Source: the human T2T-CHM13v2.0 reference genome, Homo sapiens. From it: a DNA stretch of 64,000 nucleotides. The position numbers and the translations under genes were made by a program. This document shows, one piece after another, positions 42,054 through 55,885 of this stretch. Every line of letters begins with the position of its first letter. Within the stretch, counting starts at the first letter, position 1. The stretch lies in assembly GCF_009914755.1 (NCBI RefSeq), contig NC_060948.1. The stretch is one strand, 5' to 3'. A model generated the notes under the pieces. The model saw only the letters and a list, made by a program, of their open reading frames with translations, had not been told where the DNA came from and did no database searches.

Positions 42054-43103
42054 TTTTTTTTTTCCTTTTATGTCTTTTTATTTTTATTTTAAGTACTTGG
42101 GTACATATGCAGGATGTGCAGATTTGTTACACAGGTAAACATGTGCCATGGTGGTTTGCTGCACCTATCAACCCATCACTTTGGTATTAAGCCCAGCATG
42201 CATTAGCTGTTTTTCCTAATGTTCTCCCTCCCCACTCTCCAAACCCCAGTGCCAGCATGTGATGTTCCCTGCCCTGTGTCCATGTGTTCTCATTGTTCAA
42301 CTCCCACTTGTAAGTGAGAACATGTGGTGTTTGGTTTTCTGTTCTTGTGTTAGTTTGCTGAGAACGATAGTTTCCAGCTTCATCCATATCCCTGCAAAGG
42401 ACATGAACTCATCCTTCTTTATGGCTGCATAGTATTTCATGGTTTATATGTGCCACATTTTCTTTATCCAGTCTATCATTGATGGGAATTTGCGTTGGTT
42501 CCAAGGCTTTGCTGTTGTGAACGGTGCTACAATAACATACATGTGCATGTGTCTTTATAGTAGAGTGATCTATAATCCTTTGGTATATACCCAGTAATGG
42601 CATTGCTGGGTCAAATGGTATTTCTAGTTCTAGATCCTTGAGGAATCACCACACTGTCTTACACAATGGTTGAATTAATTTACACTCCCACCAACAATGT
42701 AAAAGCATTCCTATTTCTCCACATCTTCTCCAGCATCTGTTTCCTGACTTTTTAATGATTGCCATTCTAACTGGTGTGAGATGGTATCTCATTGCAGTTT
42801 TGATTTACATTTCTCTAATGACCATTGATCATGAGCTTTTTTTCATATGGTTGTTGGCTGCATAAATGTCTTCTTTCAAGAAGTTTGTGTTCGTATCCTT
42901 CACCCACTTTTTGATGGGGTTGTTTTTTCTTGTAAATTAGTTTAAGTTCTTTGTAGAGTCTGGATATTAGCCCTTTGTCAGATGGATAGATGGCAAAATT
43001 TTTTTCCCATATATATGGCAAAATTTTTTTCCCATTCTATAGGTTGCCTGTTCACTCTGATGATAGTTTCTTTTGCTGGGCAGAAGCTCATTAGTTTAAT
43101 TAG
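42054..43103 (-). mobile_element. L1PA 3' ~1 kb (ORF2 end, 3'UTR and tail), antisense
   Basis: T-rich tail at 42054; GTGTCCATGTGTTCTCATTGTTCAACTCCCAC; GGATATTAGCCCTTTGTCAGATGG. Confidence 0.93.
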
Positions 43104-43364
43104 GTTTCTAATTGAGCCTTCCCTGGCCTTAGGAAATAGGTCAACTCTTGTTTTTTTGGAAAACATTTCACCTGGTCTTTTTTTTTTCTTATGTATAATT
43201 ATGGAATGTTTATGTAATTACATAATTACAAAATATAACGCATCATATATTAATTACCTTCATGTGTATAATAGCATAGATAGTATTTTCTTTAATCACC
43301 TCACACACAAAAAAAAGAGAAACACACAGGCAGTGTTTCAAAACTGTCTTCTTTTTTCAAACAG

Positions 43365-43414
43365 AGGGTGGTTCCAACTTCATCAATACCTCATCGCCAT
43401 GAGGTGAGGCTAAG
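43365..43414 (+). other. TBL1Y: 5'UTR part of the TBL1Y start-codon exon
   Basis: Acceptor tcttcttttttcaaacag| before 43365; in frame with the ATG it reads GGSNFINTSSP*GEAK, homologous to the TBL1X N-terminal extension. Confidence 0.88.
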
Positions 43415-43472
43415 ATGAGCATAACCAGTGACGAGGTGAACTTTCTGGTTTATCGGTATCTCCAGGAGTCAG
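43415..43472 (+). CDS. TBL1Y: TBL1Y first coding segment (MSITSDEVNFLVYRYLQES + first base of Gly), LisH motif
   Basis: ATG at 43415 (aagATGa) translates to the conserved TBL1-family N-terminus; donor CAG|gtaaga after 43472 (phase 1) fits the phase of the exon at 61309. Confidence 0.96.
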
Positions 43473-43721
43473 GTAAGAGGCTTGGTTTTCTGTTGGGAGG
43501 AAATTCATCCTGAGCATCTTACGAGCAGAATGATCAACCCTTGATTCAAAACCAGGCTGTAGAAGAAGAACAGCTAAGAAAGTTCTCAGTGCTAACAGGG
43601 AGAAGAGAAGGTTGTGGAGCCATGTCATCCCACCTTCCTCAACGATAATGACCCTAGTGGACTTTGTTATCTCTACATGTTTACTACACACAGCTGTTTT
43701 CCTAACCAATATACAGAGCCA

Positions 43722-44160
43722 GTGGATTTGTTTCCTAGAACTGCCATAATGCAATACTGCAAACTGGGATGGCTTAAAAGGAAATACGTTGTCTCCTAGT
43801 TCCTGAGGACAGAAGTCCAAGATCAAGATGTGGGAAGGTCAGCTCTTTCTGAGGGCGAGTCTCCTGTGCCCGTCCTGGCTCCTGGGGCCTTGCCGCAGTC
43901 CTTGGATTCCTTGGCTTGTAGGGGCATCACCCTCGTCTCTTGTGTTCAGATTTGACCACATTTCCCTGTGGTAAAGACAGTCAGATTGGTTTAGGAATTT
44001 ACTCTACTCCAGGATAACCTAATTTTAGTAATTGATTCTGAATCCAGTTATAGTTACATTTGCACTGACCCTGTTTCCAAATAGCATCACATTCTGAGGT
44101 GCACTGTTGATGAGCACTTTAACCTGTGAATTTGTGGGGGTGGGGGCACAGTTCAAACAC
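43722..44160 (-). mobile_element. MLT1 (MaLR) LTR
   Basis: CTGCCATAA...CAGAAGTCCAAGATCAAG...GACCCTGTTTCCAAATA..TCACATTCTGAGGT. Confidence 0.72.
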
Positions 44161-45261
44161 CAGGATTTGTTTTGGAGTCTTTTTAAGGTTTGTCCCCTTA
44201 ATACCAGATTGAATATACAGTATGGAACTTGATTATTTGAAAAGGAACTCCCAGTTCCTTGGCACCCCCTCCCAGAGATGTATGTATTCAATTTGAAGGA
44301 AGCCAGTCTGTGGTCCCTTGGGCATGGGTTCTCTCACTGCTGTGTAGGGTACAATATAGGCATTGGAGCCACCCAGAATGGCTCAAGATGTGATCGTTAA
44401 ACAAGTCTGAGTGAGGCCTGTTCATTTGAGCCTTGGTTTTCCTGCCCAGGCAAACGTGATCAAGTATGTGAGGCACGTAACATGTTGTAAATAAGTGCCC
44501 TCCCCATCAAGCCTGGGTTTCTGTCCCTTGTGCTCCCAGCTACCATTATTCATGGGAAGTGCATGCGCTTTCTGCATATATATCAGATACCTTGGATTGG
44601 CTTTTGTCAGACGCAGTATAAGCAATTGGTATACAAAACAAAATAGGTACTGCCTCACCCCTGGGAATCAGGGAAATAATAACCCCTGTGCTAATACCTC
44701 AACCTTGGCTCTTAGACTAGCACAGGTGATCTCCTGTCTCAGAGCTCAAAGCTTCCCAGAGGTGGCTGCAAATGGAAATCATGCATACCAAAACCTGCCT
44801 CCCTGTTCACTCATGGCATGTAGTTTAGCATTTAGCAACACCTTTGCACAAGGACGTGATGAAGGCCAAAGAGACTCACGGCATGTAAACAAGTTCCAGG
44901 CTGGAGCTGTCAGGTGTAAAAAGTGCATGTGCACGGAGACAGAGCCATGCTGCTTGCTGGTCCCGAGGGTCCCCAAGTGTGAGCTTTGCTGGCCTCTTGG
45001 CAGAAGCCACCAACTCTCCCCAGAAAGATCGTCTTCCTTATTCAGTGCTTGTTTATGAAGCTTCTGTAACCAGGCAGTTGAGATGGAGAGCTAGAGCACA
45101 ATAACGCGTAGACCTTGGCAAATGTCAACTTTATGTAACATCTGTGAGCTTCATTTCCTGATTCTACAGTGTTGCTGAAGTAAGATACCTTAGGTGGAGT
45201 TGGTATTGAAGAGAGACACTGTTGTACTTTCTTCCAATTATTGTGTGTATTGTGGTACTTT

Positions 45262-45530
45262 CTTTTTTTGAAATGGGGTCTCAGTTTGTTGCCCAGGCTG
45301 GCGCTCACTGCAGCTTCAACCTCCTAGGCTGAAGCCGTCCTTCCACCTCAGCCTCCCAAGTAGCTGAGACTACAGGCATACCAACGTGCCCGGCTAATTT
45401 TTGTAATTTTTGTAGAGACAGGGTTTCACTATGTTGCCCACGTTGGTCTGGAACTCCTGGTTTTCAATGATCCACCCACCTTGGCCTCCTAGGGTGCTGG
45501 GATTATAGGTGTAAGCCACTGCGCCCAGCC
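45262..45530 (-). mobile_element. AluJ-like Alu
   Basis: Reverse Alu. Confidence 0.88.
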
Positions 45531-45730
45531 ACTGGAACTTTTTGGAGTACTCCACAAGGTTGTATTTAAAGGAAGAAGGGAGCAAAGAAGTGTTCATTCT
45601 TGGGATGTTTTCTATGTTTACCTCAAGTCCTGAAGTTTTGGTTAGGTCAATATTTATTGAGCCGCAATCAAGAAAGAGCACCTTCTCCTCAGCCTATCAA
45701 TGTTTCCCTTCTACCTTAAAGAAAAAGGAA

Positions 45731-46101
<371 letters not shown>

Positions 46102-47569
46102 AGGAAAATGTTTCCTTGATCATGTTCCCTCCTCAAGCACCTGTACTGTCATTCCTGCACCCCACCAAACTCATTAAAAACAGATTCTGCACCTCAGAAA
46201 ATGATTCATTCCTCAAATACCTCTAGTCTGACTTTCTCCATTAGAAGTCTTCAGTAAGTTCTGGGTTCCCATATCCAGTAATCTTACTGCAACTGGCATT
46301 CCTCCTTCCCTGCTCATCCATCCTTACCTGTGTGCAGCAGGAAGTGGGTATGGGGGTGGGGGTGGTGAGGAAGGGAGTAGGTGTTGACCTGCAGTGCAGC
46401 TGGGCAGGGTTCCCTGGAAGATCTGCTCAGAATCCTCAACCTCACCTTCCAGGTGCAGTGATGGACAAGTTCTCCAGAGTCACCGAGCTTGTGGCCTGAG
46501 TCCTGCTTCTGAGCCCTGGACCCAGCAGAATAGATGCCATTCCTGTCCAACTGTTCATCTCCTTCACCACCAGTGTCTCTCTTCCTCCCCTCTACCAATA
46601 TCCATGATGTCAGTTAGGATGCATTAGGCTGCAAGAAAGGGAATCTTCAGTGGAGCACTGATATGCTCAGATAGCAGGGGAGTAGGGTGTTGAAGAAGGA
46701 CCCAAGACACACAGCTCTTCAAACTCAGGAAGGAGCCTCAAAAATGGATCTGTTTTGTTCCTCTGCCCACAACAGGCAGATGTCAGGTCATCTGGCTTTT
46801 AGCAAACCATGTATATTTCCTAACCTGTGTGGATTAGTGGATTTTCATTGTTGCCCTGCAGGGCCTTTGCCATGAGAAGCACTCCGTGGATGTTATCCAT
46901 AGGTGGCATCTCAAAGCAGCGCACTCATGGCAGTCAGAAAAAGGAAACTAATTAGGCAAAAATTTTAAGTAGTAGACGACTTATGCATTACCAAGTTCTA
47001 GTGCCAAAAGGAATTTGTTGTGTTTGCATGAGTTTAGCAGTCTGGCATTGACGGGTGACTCTATTGGCCTCTGTCTTACGGGATCCATTGCCTGGTCACT
47101 TGTGCTATCTGGGCAGCTTTTAAGAATCACATGGTGACCATGTGCCTTTCCCGTGAGCTCATGTTACCATCCCAGGAGCAGAGAAGCAAGGGAGCGAGCC
47201 CCTAGAAATGTGCACAGCCTGCACCTGCTGTAGTGAGCAGCTCCCCCAAATGCTGGGGGAGTTGTGAGTTGTTTGCCCCCACATATTTCTGAACACAGCC
47301 AGGGAAGTGGAAGTCCATTTTCCACTTAGTATGGAAAGAGAGAAAATTTGTCAGATGAGTTCCTGTAAACATAATAAGTATTTCCTCTGGGACTTCATCA
47401 CCCAAAGTCCAAACTATAAAGAAGACATGTTCTTCCATACCCAGATTTTTAGCATACATAAGATAATTCACACAGACTTGCAAGGCATTATGAGGAACAT
47501 GGGACAGAACCACAGATTCAAACTGAATTTAGCTGGGAAAGAACTGCCTGCAACATAATCAAGTGATAG

Positions 47570-47905
<336 letters not shown>

Positions 47906-48009
47906 TGATTTTTTAAAGAAGGGGAAAATACTGTCTAAAGAGGAAGGAAGAACGGAATGTGAGGAGCTGTCTTGAGTGTAGTCAACACACATGACAGTTC
48001 TGTCATTTC

Positions 48010-48440
48010 AAAATTGCCTAGTGTCCCTTTGTTCTGAGCCCTCTTCTATTCCTTCCCTGCACCTTGCAGCCTACTCTGTGTTCTGTTCATAGAGTTTTGC
48101 ACTCGTAAGAATGGCATAGAGATGGCATCATGCATTGTGTGGCCCTGAGAGTGTGACGTCTTTTATTCAACCTCATGTATTTGAGATTCATGCATGCTAT
48201 TGTGTGCACCAGCCATTCTTTCTTTAATAGCTAAGTGACATTTCATATTGAAGGCCTTTTCAGTGATTTGTTTATCCATCCTCCTGTGGAAGGACATTTG
48301 GGTGCTTTCTAGGTTTTAGGGATTCCAACATAAAGCTGCAAAAAACATTTTCATACAGATCTTTTGTGTGAACATAGGTTTTCACTTCTCTTGGGTAAAT
48401 ATCTAGGAGTGGGATTGCTGGTTCATGTGGTTAACTGTAG
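48010..48440 (-). mobile_element. Old L1M fragment
   Basis: TTGAGATTCAT, GGACATTTGGGT, CTTGGGTAAATATCTAGGAGTGGGATTGCTGG. Confidence 0.75.
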
Positions 48441-49036
48441 GTTTCAGAAACCAGTGCATTCTTTTCCAACTAAGGCGGAGGCAAGACACATGACAAATAT
48501 GAATGGTTTTACAGAGATGAGTTCTGTTGCAGAGCTTGTCTGCCTGTTGCTCAAGGCGTATTGGAAAGTATGTAAAAAGACATTAGCTCTGGTGTATATA
48601 TCTGCAGAACACTCATGAAGTTTGATTCTTTTTCTGAGGGTTTGCAGTTAGCCTTCTGGGCTAATTTCATGAATCTGTCAGGGTCACAGTTTCCATGGGC
48701 AGACGTGAATGTCGCCCAGGTCTGCTGAGTGACAGAGCATCCTGGTTTGCACACCTTCCCCTCCTTCAGCAGTGCAGTTGGTGTAACTTTCTGCATATAA
48801 ACAGAAAACTCTACAGTCTGGTTAGCCCTCTGGTGGGTAGACTCCAGAATCTGCACAGGACAGAGGCCTGTCTATTCTGGCTTTCAGAAAACAGGGTTCC
48901 TACCGGCTGGACCATATGGCAGCCAGGAAAGATCTCTGTGCATTTGCCCACATACCCATGCTGTACAAGTCATCAAAAATCCAGTGAAGCATTTTCCCCA
49001 CCTATATATTTAACTTCTAAATCTACTTATCTTTCA

Positions 49037-49405
49037 GATAGATAGATAGATAGATAGAGACAGGCTAGATAGATTAGACAGATTAGATAGAATAGATAGA
49101 ATAGATAGGTAGATAGATACATAAATATTAATAGATACATTAGGTAGATAGTTTAGAGTAGATATTGATAGATTAGACAGATGATAGATATAGATACATA
49201 GGCCAATAGATTGATAGATTAGACACAGTAGTTATTAATAAATAGATAGTAGATATTAATAGGTTAAATAGATGGATTAGATAGAGTAGATATTAATATA
49301 TTTGAAAGATGATGATACATAGATAAGAGACAGATAATAATATATCAGAAGAGTAGATATTAATAGATAAATTAGATAGGATAGATTGATTAGATTAGAT
49401 AGATA
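49037..49405 (+). repeat. Degenerate (GATA/TAGA)n compound repeat
   Basis: Starts with about 5 pure AGAT units, then diverged AGAT/AGAC/AGATT units. Confidence 0.9.
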
Positions 49406-49994
49406 CATTGATTTCCTGGCTATGTGACATACTTCACCTGCAGTACTTCTCTCTGGTGATGATGTCATTCAGATGAGTTACTGTAAGAGGAGTGAGTACA
49501 AAGAAGAGTGAATGAGATCTCAGTGGCCTCCTCTTTCCACAGCAAGCCCAAGCACAAAGATAAAAGGCTACACTGAGCACTCAACACACAGTGAGGTTGG
49601 GCTCTCCATAAGGAGTATGTAGCAGATGACCCAGCAACTTCACAACTGGTGCAGGTCTTGGTTAGAGTGAGGTAAGGTGGAGGGGAAGCACTTCCCTGAG
49701 GTGTTCGTGTGTTCCAGTGCTCCTCGTATCCTAGGCTTCTGAACAGAGGGCTGTCAGTTGAGTGAGTGGTTCTTGTCACCTCCTGTTGGCCTGGCGTTTC
49801 ATGGTTCTGGAGTTTCTGCCCAAGTGGAGACCAAGGTCTGTTCTGTGTCAGTCTCCTCCTGTCACATCTGTAAGCTGCTGTTGTGAGGGCGGTGGTGTCA
49901 AGGTGAGCTGAATGGAAAGACATGCTCCCTCCTTCCAAGACTGACCTCACACTTTAGGGGAGTAGTACAGTGTGCTTTAAAAAACCTCAGCAGA

Positions 49995-50672
49995 AACAAC
50001 ACAGATATCCATTGACAGAGGAAATTCCATCAAAAGCATGTATGCATCCATACAGTGGAATATCATGACTGAGCTTTGAAAAGGAAGGAAATTCTGACAC
50101 AGGCTACAGCATGGATGACTCTCAAAGAAATTATACCAAGTGAAATTAGCCAGTCACAAATGGCAGATACCATAGGATTCTACTTGTAAGGGATACCTTG
50201 AGGAGTCTAGTCCAAAGACACAGACAGTGGAAGGGTAGTTGCTGGAGCATGGGGAGAAACGGAGGGTGTGGAGTTTGTATTTAAGGGTACAGTTTCAGTT
50301 TTGCAAAATGAATAAAATTCTCGACACATTTGGTGGCGAAGGTTGCACAACAGTATGAATGCACCTAATGCCTCTAAACTGTGCACTTAAAAATGGTTAA
50401 GATGGAGTCCAAGGTGGGAGGATCACTGGAGGCCAGGATTTCAAGTAAGCTTGGGCAACATAGCAACACCCTATCTCCACGAAAAAAATTTCAAAAATTA
50501 GCTAGGCATGGAGGCTCACATCTGTAATCCAGCACTTTGGGAGGCTGAGGTGGGAGGATTGCTTGAGCCCGGGTGTTCAAGGCTGCAGTGAATGGGGATC
50601 ATGACAGTATACTGCAGCCTGGGCAACAGTGAGACCCTGTCTCCACAAAATAAATGTGTATTTTTACCACAG
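49995..50672 (+). mobile_element. L1MB-like 3' end with an embedded AluJ-like element (50403-50653)
   Basis: AAAAGGAAGGAAATTCTGACAC, CACTTAAAAATGGTTAAGATGG, followed by Alu motifs. Confidence 0.78.
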
Positions 50673-51127
50673 TTTTGGGCGACAGGTCACAGTGAGATGG
50701 TCCATGTGTAGATGCGTTAAGTTTAGAAAATTAGTCTCAGAAGAGAGAACCACAGGAATTACATTATAACTTAGAGTGAATTATAATTAGTGTGAATTCC
50801 CAGTAATTATTACATGATAAGGGCTTTTTCATAGTTGTGTTCAGTGTTTGGGGCAAGTCCCTAGCACAGACAGTGTCATTTGTTAGCTACACTGGTATCT
50901 GACAAAATTTGGTTATGAAAAAAATTAAGCAGAAAATGTAGCTTTAGTCATAATAGCAATATTCTGGAAAAAAGGCTATTATCCCTCAGTGGATATGGGT
51001 GAGGCAAGCTGTGTTGTCTCTGTGCCACGGAGCACTGCTCAGCTGTGAAAAGGAAGGAGCTGTGAATATGTGCGATAAGCTAAAGAAACCTCCAGAGTAA
51101 TGTGCTAAGTAGAAAAAGCTGTCTCAT

Positions 51128-54100
51128 AACATACCAGAATCTCTGGGACACATTTAAAGCAGTGTGTAGAGGGAAATTTATAGCACTACATGCCCATAAG
51201 AGAAAGCAAGGAAGATCTAAAATTGACACGCTAACATCACAATGTAAATAACTAGAGAAGCAAGAGCAAACAAATTCAAAAGCTAGCAGAAGACAAGAAA
51301 TATCTAAGATCAGAGCAGAACTGATAGAAAGAGAGACATAAAAAACCGTTCAAAAAATCAATGAATCCAGGAGGTGGTTTTTTGAAAAGATCAACAAAAT
51401 AGGTAGACAGCTAACCAGACTAATAAAGAAGAAAAGAGACAAGAATCAAATAGACACAATAAAAAAATGATAAAGAGGATATCACTACCAATCCCACAGA
51501 AATACAAACTACCATCAGAGAATACTATAAACACCTCCACACAAATCAGCTGGAAAATTTAGAAGAAATGGATACATTCCTGGACATATACACCCTCCCA
51601 AGACTAAACCAAGAAGAGGTTGAATCCCTGAATAGATCGTAACAGGCTCTGAAATTGAGGCAATAATTAATAGCCTACCAACCAAAAATTCTCCAGGACG
51701 AGACAGATCCACAGGCAAATTCTACCAGAGGTACAAAGAGGAGCTAGTACCATTCTTTCTGAAACAATTCCAATCAATAGAAAAAGAGAGAATCCTTCCT
51801 AACTCATTTTATGAGACCAGCATCATCCTGATACCAAAACTTGGCAGAGACACAACAAAACAAGAAAATTTCAGGCCAGTATCCCTGATGAACATTGATG
51901 CAAAAATCCTCAACAAAATACTGGCAAAAAATCCAGCAGTACATCAAAAAGCTTATCCACCACGATCAAGTTGGCTTTATCCCTGGGATGCAAGGCTGGT
52001 TCAACATACACAAATCAGTAAACGTAATTCATCACATAAACGGAACCCATGACAAAAACCACATGATTATCTCAATAGATGCAGAAAAGGCCTTTGACAA
52101 AAATTCAACAACCCTTCATGCTAAAAACTCTCAACAAACTAGGTATTGATGAAACATCTCAAAATAATAGGAGCTATTTATAACAAACCCTCAGCCAATA
52201 TCATACTGAATGGGCAAAAACTGGAAGCATTCCCTTTGAAAACCTGCAAGAGAGAAGGATGCCCTCTCTCACCACTCCTTTTCAACATAGTATTGGAAGT
52301 TCTGGCCAGGGCAGTCAGGCAAGAGAAAGAAATAAAGCGTATTCAATTAGGAAGAGAGGAAGTCAAATTGTCCCTGTTTGCAGATGACATGATTGTATAT
52401 TTAAAAAACCCCATTGTCTCAGCCCAAAACCTCCTTAGGCTGATAAGCAACTTCAGCAAAGTCTCAGGATACAAAATCAATGTGCAAAAAGTACAAGCAT
52501 TCCTATACATCAATAACAGACAAACAAACAGCCAAATCATGAGTGAACTCCCATTCACAGTGGCTACAAAGAGAATAAAATACCTAGGAATCCAACTTAG
52601 AAGGAATGTGAAGGACCTCATCAAGGAGAACTACAAACCACTGCTCAAGGAAATGAGAGGACACAAACAACTGGAAAAACATTCCATGCTCAGGGATAGG
52701 AATAATCAATATCATGAAAATGGCTATAATGCCCAAAGTAATTTATAAATTCAGTGTGATCCCCATCAAGCTACCATTGACTTTCTTCACAGAATTGGAA
52801 AAAACTACTTTAAATCTCATACAGAACCAAAAAAGAGCCCATATAGCCAAGACAAACCTAAGCAAAAAGAACAGAACTGAAGGCATTGCGCTACCTGACT
52901 TCAAAATATACTACAAGGCTACAGTAACCAAAACAGAATGGTACTGGTATCAAAACAGATATATAGAACAGAGGCCTCAGAAATAACACCACACATGTAC
53001 AACCATATGATCTTCGACACACCTGACAAAAACAAGCAATGGGAAAAATATTCTCTATTTAATAAACGGTGTTGGAAAAACTGGCTAGCCATAGGCAGAA
53101 AGCTGAAACTGATCCCTTCCTTACACATTATACAAAAATTAATATAAGATGGATTAAAGACTTAAACGTAAGACCTAAAATGATAAAAACCCTAGAAGAA
53201 AACTTGGGCAATACCATTCAGGTTATAGGCATGGGCAAAGACTTCATGACTAAAACATGAAAAGCAATGTCAACAAAAGCCAAGATAGACAAATAGGATC
53301 TAATTAACTTAAAGAGCTTCTGCATAGTAAAAGAACCTATCATCAGGGTGATCAGGCAACCTATAGAATGGGAAAAATTTTTGTCATCTATCCATCTGAC
53401 AAAGGGCTAACATCCAGAATCTACAAAGAACTTAAACAAATTTACAAGAAAAAAAAATCAAAAAGTGGGTGAAGGATGTAAACAGACATTTCTCAAAACA
53501 AGACATTTATGTAGCCAACAAACATATGAAAAAAAGCTCATCATCACTAGTCATTAAAGAAATGCAAATCAAAACCACAATGAGATACCATCTCACACCA
53601 GTTAGAATAGTGATCATTAAAAAGGAAACAACAGATGCTGGAGAAGATGTGGAGAAATAGGAATGCTTTTACACTGTTGGTGGGAGTGTAAATTAGTTCA
53701 ACCATTGTGGAAGATAGTGTGGTGATTCCTCAAGGATCTAGAACCAGAAATACCATTTGACCCAGCCATCCCATTACTGGGTTTATACCCAAAGGATTAT
53801 AAATCATTGTGCTATAAAGACACATGCACACGCATGTTTATTGCGGCACTGTTTACATTAGCAAAGACTTGGAACCAACCCAGATGCCCATCAATGATAG
53901 ACTGCATAAAGAAAATTAGGAACATATACACCATGGAATACTATGCAGCCAGAAAAAAGGGTTCATGTCCTTTGTGGGGACATGGATGACGCTGGAAACC
54001 ATCATTCTCAGCAAACTCACACAAGAACAGAAAACAAAACACCATATGTTCTCACTCCTAAATGGTAGTTGAACAATTAGAACACATGGACACAGGGAGG

Positions 54101-54298
54101 GGAACATCCCACACCAGGGCCTGTTGGGGTGGGGGGATAGGGGAGTGATAGCATTAAGAGAAATACCTAATGTATATGACAGGTTGATGGGTGCAGCAAA
54201 CCACCATGGCATGTGTATACCTATGTAACAAAACTGCACTTTCTGTACACATACCCCAGACCTTAGAGTATAATACTAAGAAAAAAGGAAAAAAAGAA
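51128..54298 (+). mobile_element. 5'-truncated L1PA (~3.2 kb; ORF2 from the end of EN through RT and Cys domain, 3'UTR, tail), disrupted, nested in an older L1M
   Basis: [39 protein letters not shown] and [11 protein letters not shown] motifs; multiple frameshifts and stops; degenerate TSD AGAAAAAGCTGTCTCATAA/AGAACAAGCTATGTCAGAA. Confidence 0.95.
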
Positions 54299-54867
54299 CA
54301 AGCTATGTCAGAAGATTGCAGACTATATGATTCCATCTATAGGACATGCTTAAGGTGCTGAAAATATACAGGTGGACACCAGATCAGTGGCTGCCGGGAG
54401 TCCAGAGTAGGGATGGGAGTGTGTGCATTCAAAGGATGGTTATGTGGGAGTCATTTATTCTGAAAATACTGAGGACTCAGTTTTATTCAGTTTCTTATCA
54501 CCCTTCATTGACATTGGCTCACCAATTTGTCTGAGCAATTCATCATGAGTATTTTCAGCACATTCATCTTGAGCACCAGCTGCTGTAGTGAGGAGGGTCA
54601 CTGTGTGATATAAAGTCAGTTAAGATGGGTTCCCTGCCTTCAAGGGGCATTAGCCTTCTCAGAAGCCAGGAGCTGCATGGGAAACATGGGATGTAGCACA
54701 TGATACCATGATAATACACAAGGATGGTGAGGAGCACTAGGGGAGCCGAGAGAAGAGAGCCATCACATCTATCGAGAGCATGAGGAAGGCTGCTGTGAAG
54801 GAGGGCATGCTGGCTGCAGCTGTAATCACTAGCAAGGTGGGCAGGGGGTGACAAGGGAATTCCAAAG

Positions 54868-55066
54868 CAGAGTTTCTTACCCTTGCACTTTGAAATCTGG
54901 GGTTGGATCATTTTTTCACATAGACAGCCTTGTGGATGGCAGGATGTTTAACCATATTCTTGGCCTCTACCTACCGGATGCCTGTAGCACATAGACACCC
55001 ACTCATCCAGATGTTGCCAAATGTCTTCCCTTTGGGGACAAAACCAGCCTCACTTGAGAATTACTG
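54868..55066 (-). mobile_element. MER20
   Basis: CAGGATGTTTA...TGGCCTCTACC...TTGCCAAATGTC...TTGAGAATTACTG. Confidence 0.65.
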
Positions 55067-55533
55067 GTCCAGACCTGGAAGTCAAATGGGAATGCAGGCT
55101 TATGCTTGGAGCACGGTGAGAGTTGGCATGGCTTTAGAATGGGGTACATGAGGTTTGGAAGGCCATTCTGAGGTGAGGAAGCTCACCCAGGCCTGCCGAC
55201 CCTCAGCTGCTTTGGAAAAGGAGAGCAGTAGGCAGCTCATGGTGATCAGGAAAGTTACTGCAATGGGTTTGTGTTGCATCAGGCAGCACATGTGAAGTTC
55301 ACAAGCTATTGCCTGATGCCGAGAATGCACTCATTAGACACCAGCTATCATTGTTATTGCGATTATTGTCAGGCATATCAGAAGAGAAGAGATGAACAAA
55401 GGGCTTGTAGACAGAGGGCCCAGGACCAGAGTGGAAGCAAAGAGAAAAGAAAGGCAGATAGGAGAGATATGGAGAGGATGGAGGCAGGGCGTCTAGGAGG
55501 GCATGACATTTGTTTACTGCTACTATTTGTGTA

Positions 55534-55877
55534 CAGTAATCCCTGGGCATCCATGGGGGATGGGTTCCCAGACCCCCTTTAATAACAAAATCCATAGATA
55601 CTCAAGTCCCTGATATAAAATGGCATAGTAGTTAACAGATAACTATGTTTATCTTCACCTGAAACTTATATCAAAGGTACATCCTCCTGTGAAGTTTAAA
55701 TTAGCTTTACATAACTTATAATACCTAATACAATGTAAATGCTGCATTTGTTATACTGTATTGGTTTTTTATTTGTATTGTTATTGTATTGTTTCTCATT
55801 TTTTTCTATTTTTTGTTTTTATGTATGGTGAGTTACGTTGGTGTATGTGGAATGATTGGATATGGAGAGTCAACTGT
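55534..55877. mobile_element. MER2-like Tigger-derived DNA transposon
   Basis: ATCCATGGGGGAT.GGTTCC.AGACCCC...CAAAATCCA..GAT.CTCAAGTCCCTGATATAAAATGGCATAGTA. Confidence 0.75.
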
Positions 55878-55885
55878 ATATAAAA

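Noticed and set aside
44495-45058. 187-aa ORF, and similar ones at 20200-20682, 34787-35200 and 49465-49950
   Set aside because: No recognisable domain, Cys/Ser/Leu-rich random composition, several lack an ATG start; lengths are compatible with chance in 64 kb.
51895-53660. Reverse-transcriptase ORFs as a new retroelement or gene
   Set aside because: They are frameshifted pieces of ordinary LINE-1 ORF2 in a 5'-truncated copy.
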